NCBI GenBank assembly: GCA_964016885.1 | Contig: OZ024759.1 | Location: 9,672,001 to 9,736,000 of the forward strand | From: Eledone cirrhosa | Taxonomy: Eukaryota | Length of the DNA stretch: 64,000 nt | Direction: 5' to 3' | Shown here: piece by piece, positions 63,856 through 64,000 of the stretch | How the letters are laid out: every line of letters begins with the position of its first letter | Position numbering within the stretch: position 1 is the first letter of the stretch | Notes under the pieces: model-generated | Databases searched by the model: none | What the model saw: the letters and a program-made list of their open reading frames with translations, nothing else | What the model was told of the DNA's origin: nothing | Translations under genes and position numbers: made by a program

Positions 63856-64000
63856 CAACCAGCTCTGATTCTATAAAACAAAACCACCCTTGTTAAGGGG
63901 TTTTCTCCAAGCATCACTCCTTGATAGTCAGCCTATGAAGTTTTCAGCTGACCCTATCTACAACCAGCTCTGATTCTATAAAACAAAACCACCCTTGTTA

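Overview
Eukaryotic, repeat-saturated animal genomic DNA. The SINE and RTE-LINE repertoire suggests a coleoid cephalopod (octopus-like); this is an inference. Almost every ORF in the supplied track is a tandem-repeat artefact. One real host gene lies on the minus strand: seven phase-compatible exons (63336->28003, 285 aa plus stop) encoding the C-terminal part of a GPI-anchored copper-only SOD repeat protein (CSRP/cusr-like). It includes a GC-AG intron. Its last SOD-like domain has lost all four Cu-ligand His residues and carries an acidic/Asn-rich insertion. The window also holds one intact RTE LINE (1091-codon ORF), many decayed LINE, SINE, mariner, hAT and piggyBac elements, and hammerhead-ribozyme motifs of Penelope type. 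At least nine tandem arrays can be traced to amplification of an internal piece of a transposon. Repeat boundaries are approximate; exon coordinates were read by hand.
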